The notes below the pieces were generated by a model. The model was given only the letters and a program-made list of their open reading frames with translations. It was not told the origin of the DNA and made no database searches. Made by a program: the position numbers and the translations under genes. This document shows, piece by piece, positions 18,832 to 29,744 of a DNA stretch of 64,000 nucleotides. Each line of letters opens with the position of its first letter. The first letter of the stretch is position 1. Location of the stretch: IMG/VR virus record IMGVR_UViG_3300033153_007973, positions 1 to 64,000 of that record. One strand, 5' to 3'.

Positions 18832-19196
18832 TTGTTACTCCTTAGTCTTTTTATATGGGTCAAATAGTTCATCTATACTGAATTTTCTCGACTTATGCTG
18901 CTTTCGTTTTGGCCGCTATTCTTGATATATGCTTTCTTCATCTTCTTTGTTATCTTATCTGACATATGCTACTCCTTCTTGATTATGAAACTAGTTCCTA
19001 CCATTACACTTTGCTCAATTTCTCTTCTTAGCCTTCTCAGCTTTAGGAAACTGAACATATATCGGAATTTAGGTATCTTGATGACGATAGTGTTATTTTC
19101 TCCTGGTTCTATTTTATACCAGTTGAAACCAAGGAATAACATGATTTGTTCATAATCATATATACTAACTAATGTTCTTAACATCTGTTACTCCTT

Positions 19197-19268
19197 TCGG
19201 GGTGAGAGGGATCGAACCTCCGATCTCTGCGTCCCAAACGCAGCGCCCTACCGCTAGGCTACACCCCG
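19197..19268 (-). tRNA. tRNA-Pro(TGG); its 5' end contains the HNH stop codon
   Basis: CGGGGTG/CACCCCG; CTGCG-TTTGGGA-CGCAG; TTCGATC. Confidence 0.92.
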
Positions 19269-19753
19269 TTTTTCATGTAGTGCTCTTCTGCATGACAGTT
19301 TCTGCAGAGCACTTCTAAATTTCTCAATCTGTTATCCTTTCTGTTTCTGTTCTTATGATGTACTTCTAATGCTGATACACACTTCTTATATGAGCATTTG
19401 CTGCATTCCTTCCCATAGTGGTCGAATGCTTTCTGTCGATAACCCCCACTATCTTCACGGTAGTTTGGGTGTTTCTTTCCAAAGTACAATGTATTTCTAT
19501 GAGCATTCGAACAAGATCTACCGCAGAAGCTCTTGCCGCTTTTAGATCTCTTCAGTTGACTTGGTTTGGCATAGAATTCTTTGCTGCACCAAGCACACTT
19601 AACTTCTTTTCCTTTCAGCCTGGATGCTTTAATACATTCTTTGGAGCAATAGTTCTTGTGTCCAAGCCATTGATTTTGTTGATGATACTTAATGTATTTC
19701 TCATAGGTCTTGCCACATTGTGCACATTTGACGGTTACATTTTTATGTCTCAT
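19259..19753 (-). CDS. HNH homing endonuclease with Zn-finger repeats
   Basis: CAQC..YCSKEC, CAWC..FCGRSC, LEVHHKNRNRKDNRLRNLEVLCRNCHAEEH. Confidence 0.9.
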   Translation of the reverse strand: MRHKNVTVKCAQCGKTYEKYIKYHQQNQWLGHKNYCSKECIKASRLKGKEVKCAWCSKEFYAKPSQLKRSKSGKSFCGRSCSNAHRNTLYFGKKHPNYREDSGGYRQKAFDHYGKECSKCSYKKCVSALEVHHKNRNRKDNRLRNLEVLCRNCHAEEHYMKNGV

Positions 19754-19759
19754 GTACCT

Positions 19760-19788
19760 ATTGTATCATGATATCTGCTTTCCGTCAA
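19760..19788 (-). promoter_or_regulatory. sigma70-type promoter giving a probably leaderless HNH mRNA
   Basis: TTGACG-17-TACAAT with TG extension; ATG follows 6 nt after the -10 box and has no SD. Confidence 0.75.
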
Positions 19789-19791
19789 CCA

Positions 19792-19832
19792 TCCCAAAGC
19801 AGGCGTCCTAGACCAGGCTAGACCATCTCCCG
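19792..19832 (-). pseudogene. 5' half of tRNA-Pro(TGG), truncated at the anticodon loop
   Basis: CGGGAGA-TG-GTCTAGCCTGGTCTAGGAC-G-CCTGC-TTTGGGA, then the HNH promoter. Confidence 0.8.
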
Positions 19833-20473
19833 TTGTATTATTTATCCCATACTATGTTCTTGATCCGCTTACATTCCCCTACTTTTAGTTTAGGTCCGAA
19901 CGATTTCGGCCATCCATAAAAGCTTGTTTCCCATTCTGATTTTAGGAACATGAAATGTGGATCATATTCATCATAATAGATATTGCGCCAGCCTTTTGGG
20001 TTCATTGCGATAGTAGTATATGGTAACGGATTATTATCGTCGCCGTTTCTGCCTACCCATAAACCTGCTTTCATTTTTGACAATATGATCTCCTTTTTGT
20101 CTATGGCAAATCCCGTTTTCTGCCACACCACGTACATCTTGTTCTTACCCCTTTTCGGTATCCCAAGAGGAATACAATTATACTATATGTTGATAGTCCA
20201 ATTGCTATCAACATAATGCTCATGTATTCCTCCTGGTGTTCAGTTGTTTTATCGTAACTGGTTTATTATCCTTTTCTAAGAATGCTTTCATGCATTCTGG
20301 GCATAGAGACATGGATCCTTTCTTTTTGTATCCTTCGCTTGCCTTCTTCTCTGTAATGATAACCGATGGTTTATTCTTGCATCTCTTCATAGAAGGAATA
20401 CCTAAAGTTATAAATGAATACTTTCTTGACTCGGCCTGACATCGTGTTTTATCCGGTGGTATAAGTTTCTCCG

Positions 20474-20686
20474 TCATGGTGCAATTCCTTCATCCCACAT
20501 ATATGTATCTGGTCCATCTTCACCATCACTATATTCTTTTACCCATTTCTTATATGCTTCATTACTTCTCATTAAAGCTCTGACAACCTGATCGATGACC
20601 CACATCTTATGGTGTCCTCCATCAAAGCCTCCATTATCATATATCATATCCATAGCTTCCTTAATTCTTTCTTCTGGTGTTTTCAT
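20474..20686 (-). CDS. Conserved small phage protein
   Basis: GGFDGGHHKMWVIDQVVRAL...WDEGIAP pattern. Confidence 0.65.
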   Translation of the reverse strand: MKTPEERIKEAMDMIYDNGGFDGGHHKMWVIDQVVRALMRSNEAYKKWVKEYSDGEDGPDTYMWDEGIAP

Positions 20687-20956
20687 CTTATTCTTCCTTG
20701 ATGGCTTTGATGAGAGCTTTTTCTATTGCTATCTCATCATCACCAAATGGGCATCCGAACTCAATATTTCTTAATGCTATATCCATGAGTTTCAGTATTC
20801 GGTCTTGTTCTTCATTCTTTCCATCCTTCTTTCCATATCTGTATCCGTATGCCTCGTTGAGTTTTCTATCCTTCTTTAGATCACCGAGTGTCATATCCGT
20901 GACCTGAAGATTGTTTAACTCTGCTTCTTTGGGACTATCCATCTTATTCTCCTTTG

Positions 20957-21028
20957 AGCCGGGAACTGGACACGATCCAGCAACCTACTGCTTACAGGGC
21001 AGTCGCTCTACCATTGAGCTATCCCGGC
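20957..21028 (-). tRNA. tRNA-Thr(TGT), atypical T loop
   Basis: GCCGGGA/TCCCGGC; ACTGC-CCTGTAA-GCAGT; T loop ATCGTGT. Confidence 0.85.
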
Positions 21029-21226
21029 GAAATTGTTACTTCTTCGGCTTTACATCTACCCATTCGTTACCATGTTTAATACGGATAGTGGTATTGAGTT
21101 TGTTTGCGCTCCTCTGGGCACGTGCTAACTTGTTCTTGTATGTTCTTTCTCTCTTTTCTTCTTCTGTGTATGTATTGCTTCTGGTCTTTTCGCCTGACAT
21201 TTTATTACTCCTTATTCTTTTGTTTA

Positions 21227-21299
21227 AGCCAACGGCAGGGATCGAACCTGCGTACTCCTCTTTACGGGAGAGGCGCTATTCCATCTTAGCTACGCTGGC
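21227..21299 (-). tRNA. tRNA-Thr(CGT)
   Basis: GCCAGCG/CGTTGGC; CCTCT-CCCGTAA-AGAGG; TTCGATC. Confidence 0.9.
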
Positions 21300-21749
21300 G
21301 AATTGCACTACCTTGTAGTGGGGCTACAGGTAGTGCGTCGCCAGCTCGGTTGTGGTGTGCGGAACTGAGTTGGGGAGGTATTGCAGCTGTTCGTGGATTC
21401 GAACATCTGACCATAGTATAGCATCCCCTCCCAGAATGTCAACTATTTCTTCCTAAATATTTTATGCCGTATTCTGTACTATGTTTTCGGTATCCCCATA
21501 GACCAGAAATGATACCATGATCGATAATTGAGTTTCTGAGTAGATGCGAGAAATCAGATGGTAACATATAATATTCTGTTTCTGTAGCTACATCTTTGAG
21601 GAAGCGACCGCGTGGTCTGGCGAATCGCATCGTTGCTTCAAATGTTCCTGAGCGCCACTCAATATCTGGACTATGTAGATTACTGTGGTACTCGCTCATA
21701 ATCATTCTGTTCTCGTTTGTATTAAATGGAACTCTCTTGTCCCAGGCCA

Positions 21750-22130
21750 TTACTTCTCTCCTTCTGTACCACAGTAGCTGCACTTTCCTCCGTCGGCAGC
21801 ACCTCTACCATTACACATGACACAGTCACCATCTACTGTATTATGTTGTCTTCGGGCAACCCTCATCAGGATAAGATACCCGATGAGATCTTGCTCAGTG
21901 TCTTCATGAATAGCCACTTCTGGCATATTCTTGATGTTCTGGATGCGCTTAAGCTTATCGTCAATCCTTACATCTATCTGCTCTTCAGCGCTAAGGGATG
22001 AGAAGACATTTATGGGCTCCAGCGCACTGTTGCCATATTCTTTGTTCTTCGCGAGTAGGAGGTTCTTCACCATGTCGCATTCCTCGACAATCATCTTTTG
22101 TACTCTTGTCAGTTCTTCTTCTTCTGGCAT
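21750..22130 (-). CDS. DUF1599 / nucleotide-modification-associated helical domain protein
   Basis: LLLAKNKEYGNS, VRIDDKLKRI, EDTEQDLIGYLIL. Confidence 0.7.
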   Translation of the reverse strand: MPEEEELTRVQKMIVEECDMVKNLLLAKNKEYGNSALEPINVFSSLSAEEQIDVRIDDKLKRIQNIKNMPEVAIHEDTEQDLIGYLILMRVARRQHNTVDGDCVMCNGRGAADGGKCSYCGTEGEK

Positions 22131-22997
22131 ATGATATATCTCCTATTAGTTTTGATCCCTCGAGCTTGTATATTTCACCTTTCTCTATCCTGAGGTGACC
22201 ATACTTATACTTGTCATACCTGACCAGGAATTCTGGATGTCTACTGTGATATGTATTCTTCTCCTTCTTGCATGGAATATGTTCTTCGAATCCATATGAT
22301 TTAGACCAGTGTATCCATTTGCCTGTTGTTACGAATGTAGCTTCGATGCCGCGGAGACGTGCACGTCCGATATATACTCCTGGATCTAGATAATCGTATC
22401 TATGGTGCCATAATCCGGGCCAGGGTGGTCTTACCATATCTTCCTCAGCATTTTGTTTACCTTCCTTAGGATTGGATCTACCCACTTACCTTCTACTGCA
22501 AAGCTGATCCATCCCCGGGTAGCTATAATGATTAGGAATAGTAATGTTGTATCTCCTACTCCGATAGCCCATGAGGTAAACATGAATATCATGTATATAA
22601 GTAATATCTTAAGCATCATATTAAGGATCATATTACCCCCTTGGTCTGACGCAGGATCGTTCACAGTTGGGACATTGTATTAGGTGTCCGATATATCGAT
22701 TCTTTCTATCGAGTTTGACCCAGTCGTTACAGTCGGCATGTTTGATCTTGCCAAAGACATTCCATTCCCATTTGCAGGAGTTGCATGTGAAAAGAGTTCC
22801 GCGGCCGAAGAATCGTGCAGTATCTCTAAGGAATTTGTTGATATCTACTTTGTCCCAGGTTCGATTAAATGAGAATCCTTCATTAAGTTTCTTCTTGATG
22901 TATTTGCTTAGCCAGCTCATATTTTCCTCTTTTCTTCTTGACATTCTGAGGATATATCATACATCTATGGTATCTTGTTCTTAAGGGGGTCTTTATC

Positions 22998-23450
22998 ATG
23001 ACTATTAACAACGTAAGTCTTGAGTATGCCGCCGGTTTTTTCGATGCAGATGGTGTAGTAGCTCTTCACCGTTGGAGAGAGGGTTGCTGGCGAGCGCCCG
23101 TGATCCGGTTCTCGAATATCTGTAAAGCTACTCTGCAAAAGATCCAGGCGGCTGCAGGGGAGAAGAGCTATTTGTCTGTCCAATCTGGATGCGATAAGAA
23201 ACGGCATCATAGCAAGCGTTATTACCTGGAGTTTTCGTATCATTCGGCTATTCGCTTTGCTGTTAAGCTTCTGAAGTATTCACATCATCCTCAAAAGCGT
23301 AAGCAACTTGACCTCGTAGCTAATAAGTATCTCGAGGTGACTTCTAGGGGTGGAAGCTATACACCCTCTATGCGCAAGGCCAAAGAACGATTTGAATCAA
23401 AGTTCCAAGCTATCCGCGTCTCTGCCAGCACTAAGCGTTGGTCATCCTGA
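22998..23450 (+). CDS. LAGLIDADG homing endonuclease, inserted antisense to the surrounding genes
   Basis: YAAGFFDADG motif; KRKQL; GGGGG SD. Confidence 0.8.
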   Translation: MTINNVSLEYAAGFFDADGVVALHRWREGCWRAPVIRFSNICKATLQKIQAAAGEKSYLSVQSGCDKKRHHSKRYYLEFSYHSAIRFAVKLLKYSHHPQKRKQLDLVANKYLEVTSRGGSYTPSMRKAKERFESKFQAIRVSASTKRWSS

Positions 23451-23881
23451 CCAGTAACTCCAATAGAGGCGAAGCGCTGGGCTTCTTAGTCGTAATAGTC
23501 TTCTTCTACTGCGTAGTAGTCTTTGTCTGATGCTTCTGTATTAGTAGAAGCTACGACTTCTACTCTGGCAAGAGCTCGTTTATTCTTGTAGTATCTCATA
23601 AGATTATTCTTTATGAGGAGATCTTCTTGAGACAGCTCTTGCTTAGCAATAGGTTTGATCTGACCTAAACTGCGTTCGTTAGCGAGAGGAGTGCTTGTTT
23701 GAGTGGAGTCAATGACTTCAGATACAGCTTTGGTCTTGCGATGATCTTCGATTGTTTTGTTCTTGTCTTTCTTATCGTCATCATTATTAAGAAGGAAGAA
23801 GAACACACCTGGGAGGATTAACAACCATGGGATTCCTGAGCTATCATCGGACATCTTAATCTCCTTATCTTATATGATATG

Positions 23882-23954
23882 CTCCCCAGGAGAGACTCGA
23901 ACTCTCAACCTACTGGTTAACAGCCAGTTGCTCTACCAATTGAGCTACCGGGGA
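23882..23954 (-). tRNA. tRNA-Asn(GTT)
   Basis: TCCCCGG/CTGGGGA, G73; ACTGG-CTGTTAA-CCAGT; TTCGAGT. Confidence 0.93.
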
Positions 23955-23959
23955 ATAAG

Positions 23960-24079
23960 ATGATTAACTGTGCCGAGTGTCGTTGGCAGACAACGCTCAT
24001 CAGGGTTTGTTCGCTGCCGCGACCCTGACCATCATAATACAACCAATCTGTCGTATATACGAGAGACACAGTTAATCAT
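23960..24079 (-). ncRNA. Candidate structured RNA between tmRNA and tRNA-Asn
   Basis: 13-bp terminal stem ATGATTAACTGTG/CACAGTTAATCAT enclosing three hairpins. Confidence 0.5.
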
Positions 24080-24081
24080 TT

Positions 24082-24457
24082 TGGACCCGGCGGCATCGAA
24101 GCCGCGTCCGCGATCTTTTCCCCTCAGAAAGTTTACTACCATTGGGAGCGAGCAAGCTCGCACGTTCCACCATCCCTTATTTAGCGACTAGGGAAGTCGT
24201 AACGAGTCCCTTTCGGGAGTAACTCCCTTCAGTGCGTGCCTCCCCGGGTACAGAAGGGTACTCTTGCCGGTTCAGCCCTGCACTCTTAAGCGCAGGCAAC
24301 GTTCTGGTTCATGGAACCGAAGTTCCCGACCAGAATCGTGTCGTTGGCGTTAGTTTCGTCAACTTTGGTTTGAATCCTCAGTTTTATGACTTAAGCATTC
24401 TTAGGTCAGGTAGCTTTCTTTGTTTACTAGAACCGCGTCGAAACCAATTTCGGGCCC
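24082..24457 (-). ncRNA. ssrA: tmRNA
   Basis: 5' GGGCCCGAAATTGGTTTCGAC and 3' GACGCGGCTTCGATGCCGCCGGGTCCA; G3-U acceptor wobble; tag ORF 24348-24286 reads ANDTILVGNFGSMNQNVACA*. Confidence 0.92.
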
Positions 24458-25613
24458 TGATGTTACTAAACTACTTTATTAATGCCTCCTTTTACATGCA
24501 ACATTTAGAATCATCGAGCTTTAAGACATAGCGTCTTCTTAGTTTTCTAAGGGTACTAATCCTTTTACATGCAGGACAGGTAACAGTAGTTCTATTACCT
24601 GCAGTGCGCCAGATGTTGCCACATTTACACTTTACTGTTAGTAGGTCTCCCATTGCCGAATCCTGTCTTATCACAGATAGTATGTCTTAGTGCTTCGAAG
24701 AGATCTAATGCTTTCTCTTCATCTAAAGTGTCATACTGTAGCAGCATGTCACTTTCATCTGCATCAACAATGCTGCCAGTTTCATACTCTTCCGCATGTT
24801 CTCCCTGTTCTTCGTCAGTTTCATACCGAGTTAGGGTTATTGAGATCCGGATCCGTTCCTTCGTGTTTTCTGCCATCGTCATTCTCCTCATTGAGGTGCT
24901 TCCCCTTCTCTATGGGAGTCTTCTCTTTGGCAGGACACTCAATGCCTGAGGAGGTAAATGTTATTATGAATGCGACCGTTACTACGATAGCTATTAGTAT
25001 GAACGGTATACTCATAACTGCAGTTGCCTCTCGTTGGAGTCTCCTATCTATTCTTTTATGATAAATTGTTTGCGTCATCATTTCTTCTTCTTCTCTTTCC
25101 AGCTTTTTATGTTCCTCTTTGCATGAAGGAAGTCCATTTTTAGTATGCATTCTTGATTCTCCACATCCACGATCTCTATGAGCTCGGGATTATTTATTGT
25201 TATTGTTTCGGCAGGACCTGTTATATTATTGTAGATCCTGATCTCTACTTTAGGGCAGGCATTTGCTTTAGCCATGCCTTCCATCTTACCATTGCCCCAT
25301 TTCTGCCATTCCTTACCAATCTTAAGAGCAGATGCAATCTCTGCTATATGAGAATTGATCCAGTCCCCTGGTCTTCCTTCTCGTATCTCTAGCTCTGTAA
25401 GATGCTTTATGGCTGCAGCTGTGCTGCGTTCTATCTCTGCCATACGTTGCATTCGTGCAAGATGTTCAGCATCGTTAGTCGCAACGCCAATGGACTTGCT
25501 TATGCTAGTCATGGCTTCGCGATCTGTCATCTTGTTATCTTTTGTATTGCGAGCAGCATATATCATGCCTAAGATAGTAAAGATACAGATTCCAGCGATA
25601 AAGAGATTTGATA

Positions 25614-26342
25614 TCAGCCCGTCGCGAGCTTCTTTGCTTTCTTTCTGTCTGTTCGCCATATTTCTCCTCGTGTTTTGGCTACAGTTTGAGCAAGTTTTAC
25701 GTACTCATTTCGTCCATCCTGAAAGCAGCCACTATTGATTACCTTAACTGATCCCATTTGTTTTACAAATGGTTTTTCGTGTGTATGTCCGTAGACTATG
25801 ATGTCTAATCGGTTGCCCTTTGCAAATTTATAAGCTTTATCTCTGAATGGTGTGTAATCTTTGTCGAGTCCACTGGATAGTTCCTTGCCCTTCTTCCAGC
25901 CAATTGCCATTTCGATTGGTTTCCATATCCATCTGACTGCCCATTTACATGCTTTCTTCTTGAGTCCGCGGTACTCGAGAGTAGGATCATGAATGATACC
26001 GACCTTTAGATCACCCCAAATAATGATTAGAAGATCGATTCCGATTGATAGTCCATCATCAGTATCATCATGGTTTCCATTGATGATCATTTGCTCCATG
26101 GCCCAGCTGGTTTCTTCTGGCCATGCTTTATATATATCTTCTATATCGTATTGCCATGCTTCAAACCAATCGCCACAAATGGTCCAGAACCACTTTTTGC
26201 GTGCTCCTGTCATCATCCATTCTAGACCAGCTTTACTGGCAACAGCATTATCTGCTGAGTCTTTTCCGCCTAAATGAGCATCTGATGCTACATATATAGG
26301 CTTCTTTGGGTCGTACTCTACGATCTTTGTTCGAATCTTCAT
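25614..26342 (-). CDS. Calcineurin-like metallophosphoesterase
   Basis: SDAHLG, GDWFE, GNHD, YGHTH, NSGCF. Confidence 0.85.
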   Translation of the reverse strand: MKIRTKIVEYDPKKPIYVASDAHLGGKDSADNAVASKAGLEWMMTGARKKWFWTICGDWFEAWQYDIEDIYKAWPEETSWAMEQMIINGNHDDTDDGLSIGIDLLIIIWGDLKVGIIHDPTLEYRGLKKKACKWAVRWIWKPIEMAIGWKKGKELSSGLDKDYTPFRDKAYKFAKGNRLDIIVYGHTHEKPFVKQMGSVKVINSGCFQDGRNEYVKLAQTVAKTRGEIWRTDRKKAKKLATG

Positions 26343-27093
26343 TGAGTACCTCCTGAGGTATATTATATACCTTTGGGGTACTGTGTCAACCTATCCCGAG
26401 TATTTGTACTGCTTTTGCCAGACCTTCAGGGGTCTTAAGTGTTATTCCATGTCTTTGCAGTCTGGATTGAAGGTCTCGTATTGCTCTTAGTCGCCACTCT
26501 ATATCGTTTCGTACTTGGTCCAGATTATCAATGTCGTTCCTCTGCATGTAAAATCTGATTGTACCTATGTTATTATTGAGATGTTGTGAGATCCTCCTTT
26601 GCAAGGACTTTATCAGGTCACCTTGTGCGATATTGTATAAGTCGATCTTGTAGACAGACTTCGCAAAGTCTGCATATAATCTCCAATCATCAGCGTTGTT
26701 ATCGGTGACAACGTGGAGGTTTTGTATGAATGGAAAGAGGACTTCGTTTATAACTCTGAACTGTTCTTCGTTTGTCATGTCATGGCCTCGAATCCTGGTA
26801 GTCTTTCCTTTTGGTCTGCGACAAATGGTTCTATTTCTTCGATAAGTTGTACATTATCGATGCTACTGTGATCCCATGATTCACGTAGTTCTTTAACGTC
26901 TTTGTCTCCTTGTTCGTTTAGTGCCTTCTCGCCTGCTTCTTTCTCGTTTTGTGCTACTACTTCGAATTCAATAGTTCTTTCGACGTTTATATCTACTTGA
27001 TATATCTTTCTTGGAATTGGTCTGAATGCTCTGCATCCCTCACAATCAGGACCATTACAATCGGTATGTTCACATGTTTCTGGTGTCTGTATA

Positions 27094-27963
27094 TCAGAAT
27101 GGAATGTCATTTTCAGCTACCTTTCTCACTTTCTTAAGTACAGGCTTAATCTTCTCCTCTTTCGCCATATCAGGTGCTAGTCCTTTCACATGTGCTGGAT
27201 CTAGTCGGCTGCCAATAACACCATTTCTAGAATCAAGGATATCAAGTAGATATTTACGTTCTTCTTCGTCTTCCTGTTTCTCTTTACTGAGATCAGTAGG
27301 TGCTCCACTGAGATATCCTCCAGTGTGCATCTTAAGATCTTCCCAATCATTAATAGCTAATGCATTGATTCCAACAGCTATTTTAGTAACATCTGCGCCG
27401 CGGATCTTATATCCGCGCTTGATAAACTTCATCATTCTGTAAAGAGTGCTGAATGGATATGGTAACTTATTGATTCGTAGCATACGTGACGCTACATCCT
27501 GTAGATAGTTCTGACTGCAGTTAATTATTCTAGTAAATGGATACCATGCTGCCATACATATCGTGAAGTCGAAGTTTTCTGTGATGAATGCAGGATCTCC
27601 TACTGGATCCTTGATAAACTGATAGAAATAGTTATCTATCTGTATATTAATAGCTCGCTTGCTTTCCTTCCATTTGTATCCTCGAATTACTAGACCTTTT
27701 CTTGACATACTTCTAGATCGATCGAATGATTTAAGATAGATACGTAGTTTCGTAATGAGTTCTTTGTGAGTACAGAAGATGTCGATATCACGAGGTTTCT
27801 CGCCTACGAAGAGTGACGTAATAGCACCTCCGGCCACGAAGAATGCACAATGCTCATTCTTCTTCCTAAGGACTTGAGAGTCCGCTATTTTGAGGAAGTC
27901 ACTAATAGGTTGTATTATCTGTGTGAGTGTATAAGTTTGATCCGGGGCTTCAATTTGGATCAT
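27094..27963 (-). CDS. Nucleotidyltransferase (tRNA-NTase / poly(A) polymerase head-like) with an SSB-like DIPF tail
   Basis: FVAGGAITSL..EKPRDIDIF, FDFTIC, RMMKFIKRGY; ends ENDIPF. Confidence 0.75.
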   Translation of the reverse strand: MIQIEAPDQTYTLTQIIQPISDFLKIADSQVLRKKNEHCAFFVAGGAITSLFVGEKPRDIDIFCTHKELITKLRIYLKSFDRSRSMSRKGLVIRGYKWKESKRAINIQIDNYFYQFIKDPVGDPAFITENFDFTICMAAWYPFTRIINCSQNYLQDVASRMLRINKLPYPFSTLYRMMKFIKRGYKIRGADVTKIAVGINALAINDWEDLKMHTGGYLSGAPTDLSKEKQEDEEERKYLLDILDSRNGVIGSRLDPAHVKGLAPDMAKEEKIKPVLKKVRKVAENDIPF

Positions 27964-28348
27964 CGGTAGGTTCCCCTCCCAGTGTTCTTGATATACTTTG
28001 ATCTTCCGCCGAGATGGCGGCTTCTACTTGCTTGATGTCTATATCGAGTCTCTTCTGGACTCGGTATTGCCTTCTAACTGTTTTGAGTACTTTCTCTACT
28101 GCTATTAGTTCTCGGATTCCCATCATTTTGAGGTCTTTTGGATCTATCACTAATGGCATTATTCACCTCCTTCGTGGATGTAATGTCCATGAACTTATAC
28201 TTGATCATATCAAGTTTGCTAAGTTCCTCCTTATTGCAATTGCAATGCGGCACCTCACAGATTTCACAGGGACCATTATGCTTGTCCTCTATCTTATTGC
28301 TGATTGGCCATCCCAGCTTTTCTCCGCATTCATTGCAATAATACATAA

Positions 28349-28792
28349 TTACATTCCCCTGATTTTCTTTATTGCTTTCTTGTTCCAAATACAACCACTT
28401 GCACAATCCCAGCCATAATACCAGCTCGTCTTAAGGTCTAGGCGGAGAGACCATTGATAAGGATTGATCTCAATGCCAGAATGTAGTTTTGCAACTTCTG
28501 GCCAGTTGATATGGAAGCCTGTTATTTCGCTATTGAATGATGTTACACCATACTTCTTCGTAAATATAAGAATTTCTTCTGCTGATTTTAGCGTAAGAAT
28601 CATGTTTTTGTTTATGTATATCTGATAATTGTGTGGCTTAATCCAGTCCGGCATCTCTGACTTACACCACTTATGCCATGATTTGCCAATACTGTACCAC
28701 ATGCCTTGAGGCTTTGAGTTAGCCATCTGGTGCATGATTAACCATGGTCTGAATGCTTCTTTCTTCTCCCTAGTATTTCTGATTCGTATCAT
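28349..28792 (-). CDS. Conserved hypothetical phage protein
   Basis: KPQGMWYS..W..WC, INWPEVA..SGIEI, WYYGWDCASGCIWN pattern. Confidence 0.6.
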   Translation of the reverse strand: MIRIRNTREKKEAFRPWLIMHQMANSKPQGMWYSIGKSWHKWCKSEMPDWIKPHNYQIYINKNMILTLKSAEEILIFTKKYGVTSFNSEITGFHINWPEVAKLHSGIEINPYQWSLRLDLKTSWYYGWDCASGCIWNKKAIKKIRGM

Positions 28793-28997
28793 ATAAGTAC
28801 CTCACATAGTGGCATCCCAGTCTGTGATCTCCTCTTCAATCTTGAAAGAGAAGTTAACGCAGTCCTTACACTTTTTATAATTGAAATCCTTTCCGACCCC
28901 CTTTACGGGGCAAGGCTTGTTTGCAATTAGGCAAATGCCTAGGCCTTCGATATACCAGTTCTTGTGCTTAGGTTCTCCATCTTTCCAGCGATCTTGG

Positions 28998-29744
28998 CTA
29001 CCCATCTTTCTTTGCCCTCCCAGTTATACCGATTTGTCTGAGAATCGGTGTTATATTACCATGTGTAGAAGCACAATATGGCCATTTTGGATCAAATAAG
29101 AATGTGTTTGTATCTATTACTGGTGCTCTTATATTTACGATTATATTGTCCTTAAGTCTGTATTCCTGGTACTTTTTCTCATTGATTGCTTTTACTACTG
29201 AACAGTGATCTTCATCATCATCTGAGAAGTCCTCGTTTTCGAATATACACCATCCTCCGACACCACTCGGACTTTTCTCGTCTTCTTCGAGTGGATCAAC
29301 TTCTCCACAGATAAGTCTGTCTTCTTTATTTCGATTGAGTATTTCACAGTGTGGGTATTCTTTTATAACGTCATACTCATTTCTGCCAATCCACATTGCT
29401 CTTGATTCCTCTGATTTGCCGCCAGTTCTGGCACCTTCCCATATTGTGTAGAACTTCTCTATAGCTTCTAGGATACTGTCAGCTTCTATCATTATTTGAC
29501 TAGAACGTCTTCCCGTGAGATATCGTCTGATATTTGATGGTATTAGATCTTTCTTCTTATTGTATCTGAAGTATAATCCGACATTATCTACACATATGAG
29601 TTTCTCTGGTCCCCAATTTGTGGAACCCGAACTGCGGACCATTATTGGTATCTTGTATATAAATCTGGGGCTACTAGAGAATGGTTCTGGCAAGCCTGGC
29701 AATGTTCCTTGCATCGTCTCCACCATTATGAGGTCGTCCTTCAA
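28998..29744 (-). CDS. Hypothetical protein
   Basis: 248-aa ORF; start uncertain. Confidence 0.55.
   Translation of the reverse strand: MKDDLIMVETMQGTLPGLPEPFSSSPRFIYKIPIMVRSSGSTNWGPEKLICVDNVGLYFRYNKKKDLIPSNIRRYLTGRRSSQIMIEADSILEAIEKFYTIWEGARTGGKSEESRAMWIGRNEYDVIKEYPHCEILNRNKEDRLICGEVDPLEEDEKSPSGVGGWCIFENEDFSDDDEDHCSVVKAINEKKYQEYRLKDNIIVNIRAPVIDTNTFLFDPKWPYCASTHGNITPILRQIGITGRAKKDG

Noticed and set aside
18835-18965. Stop-codon reassignment (TAG read-through) to explain the out-of-frame DELFDP
   Set aside because: TAG, TGA and TAA all terminate well-conserved genes cleanly and no suppressor tRNA is present; a local frameshift is more likely.
23972-24030. Hammerhead ribozyme (CTGATGAG on the minus strand)
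   Set aside because: The required GAAA after stem II is GGCA, and stems I/III cannot be formed properly.
29085-29105. FLFDP as a member of the LFDP tag family
   Set aside because: Lacks the upstream acidic and Ser/Thr residues and is not terminal; possibly chance.
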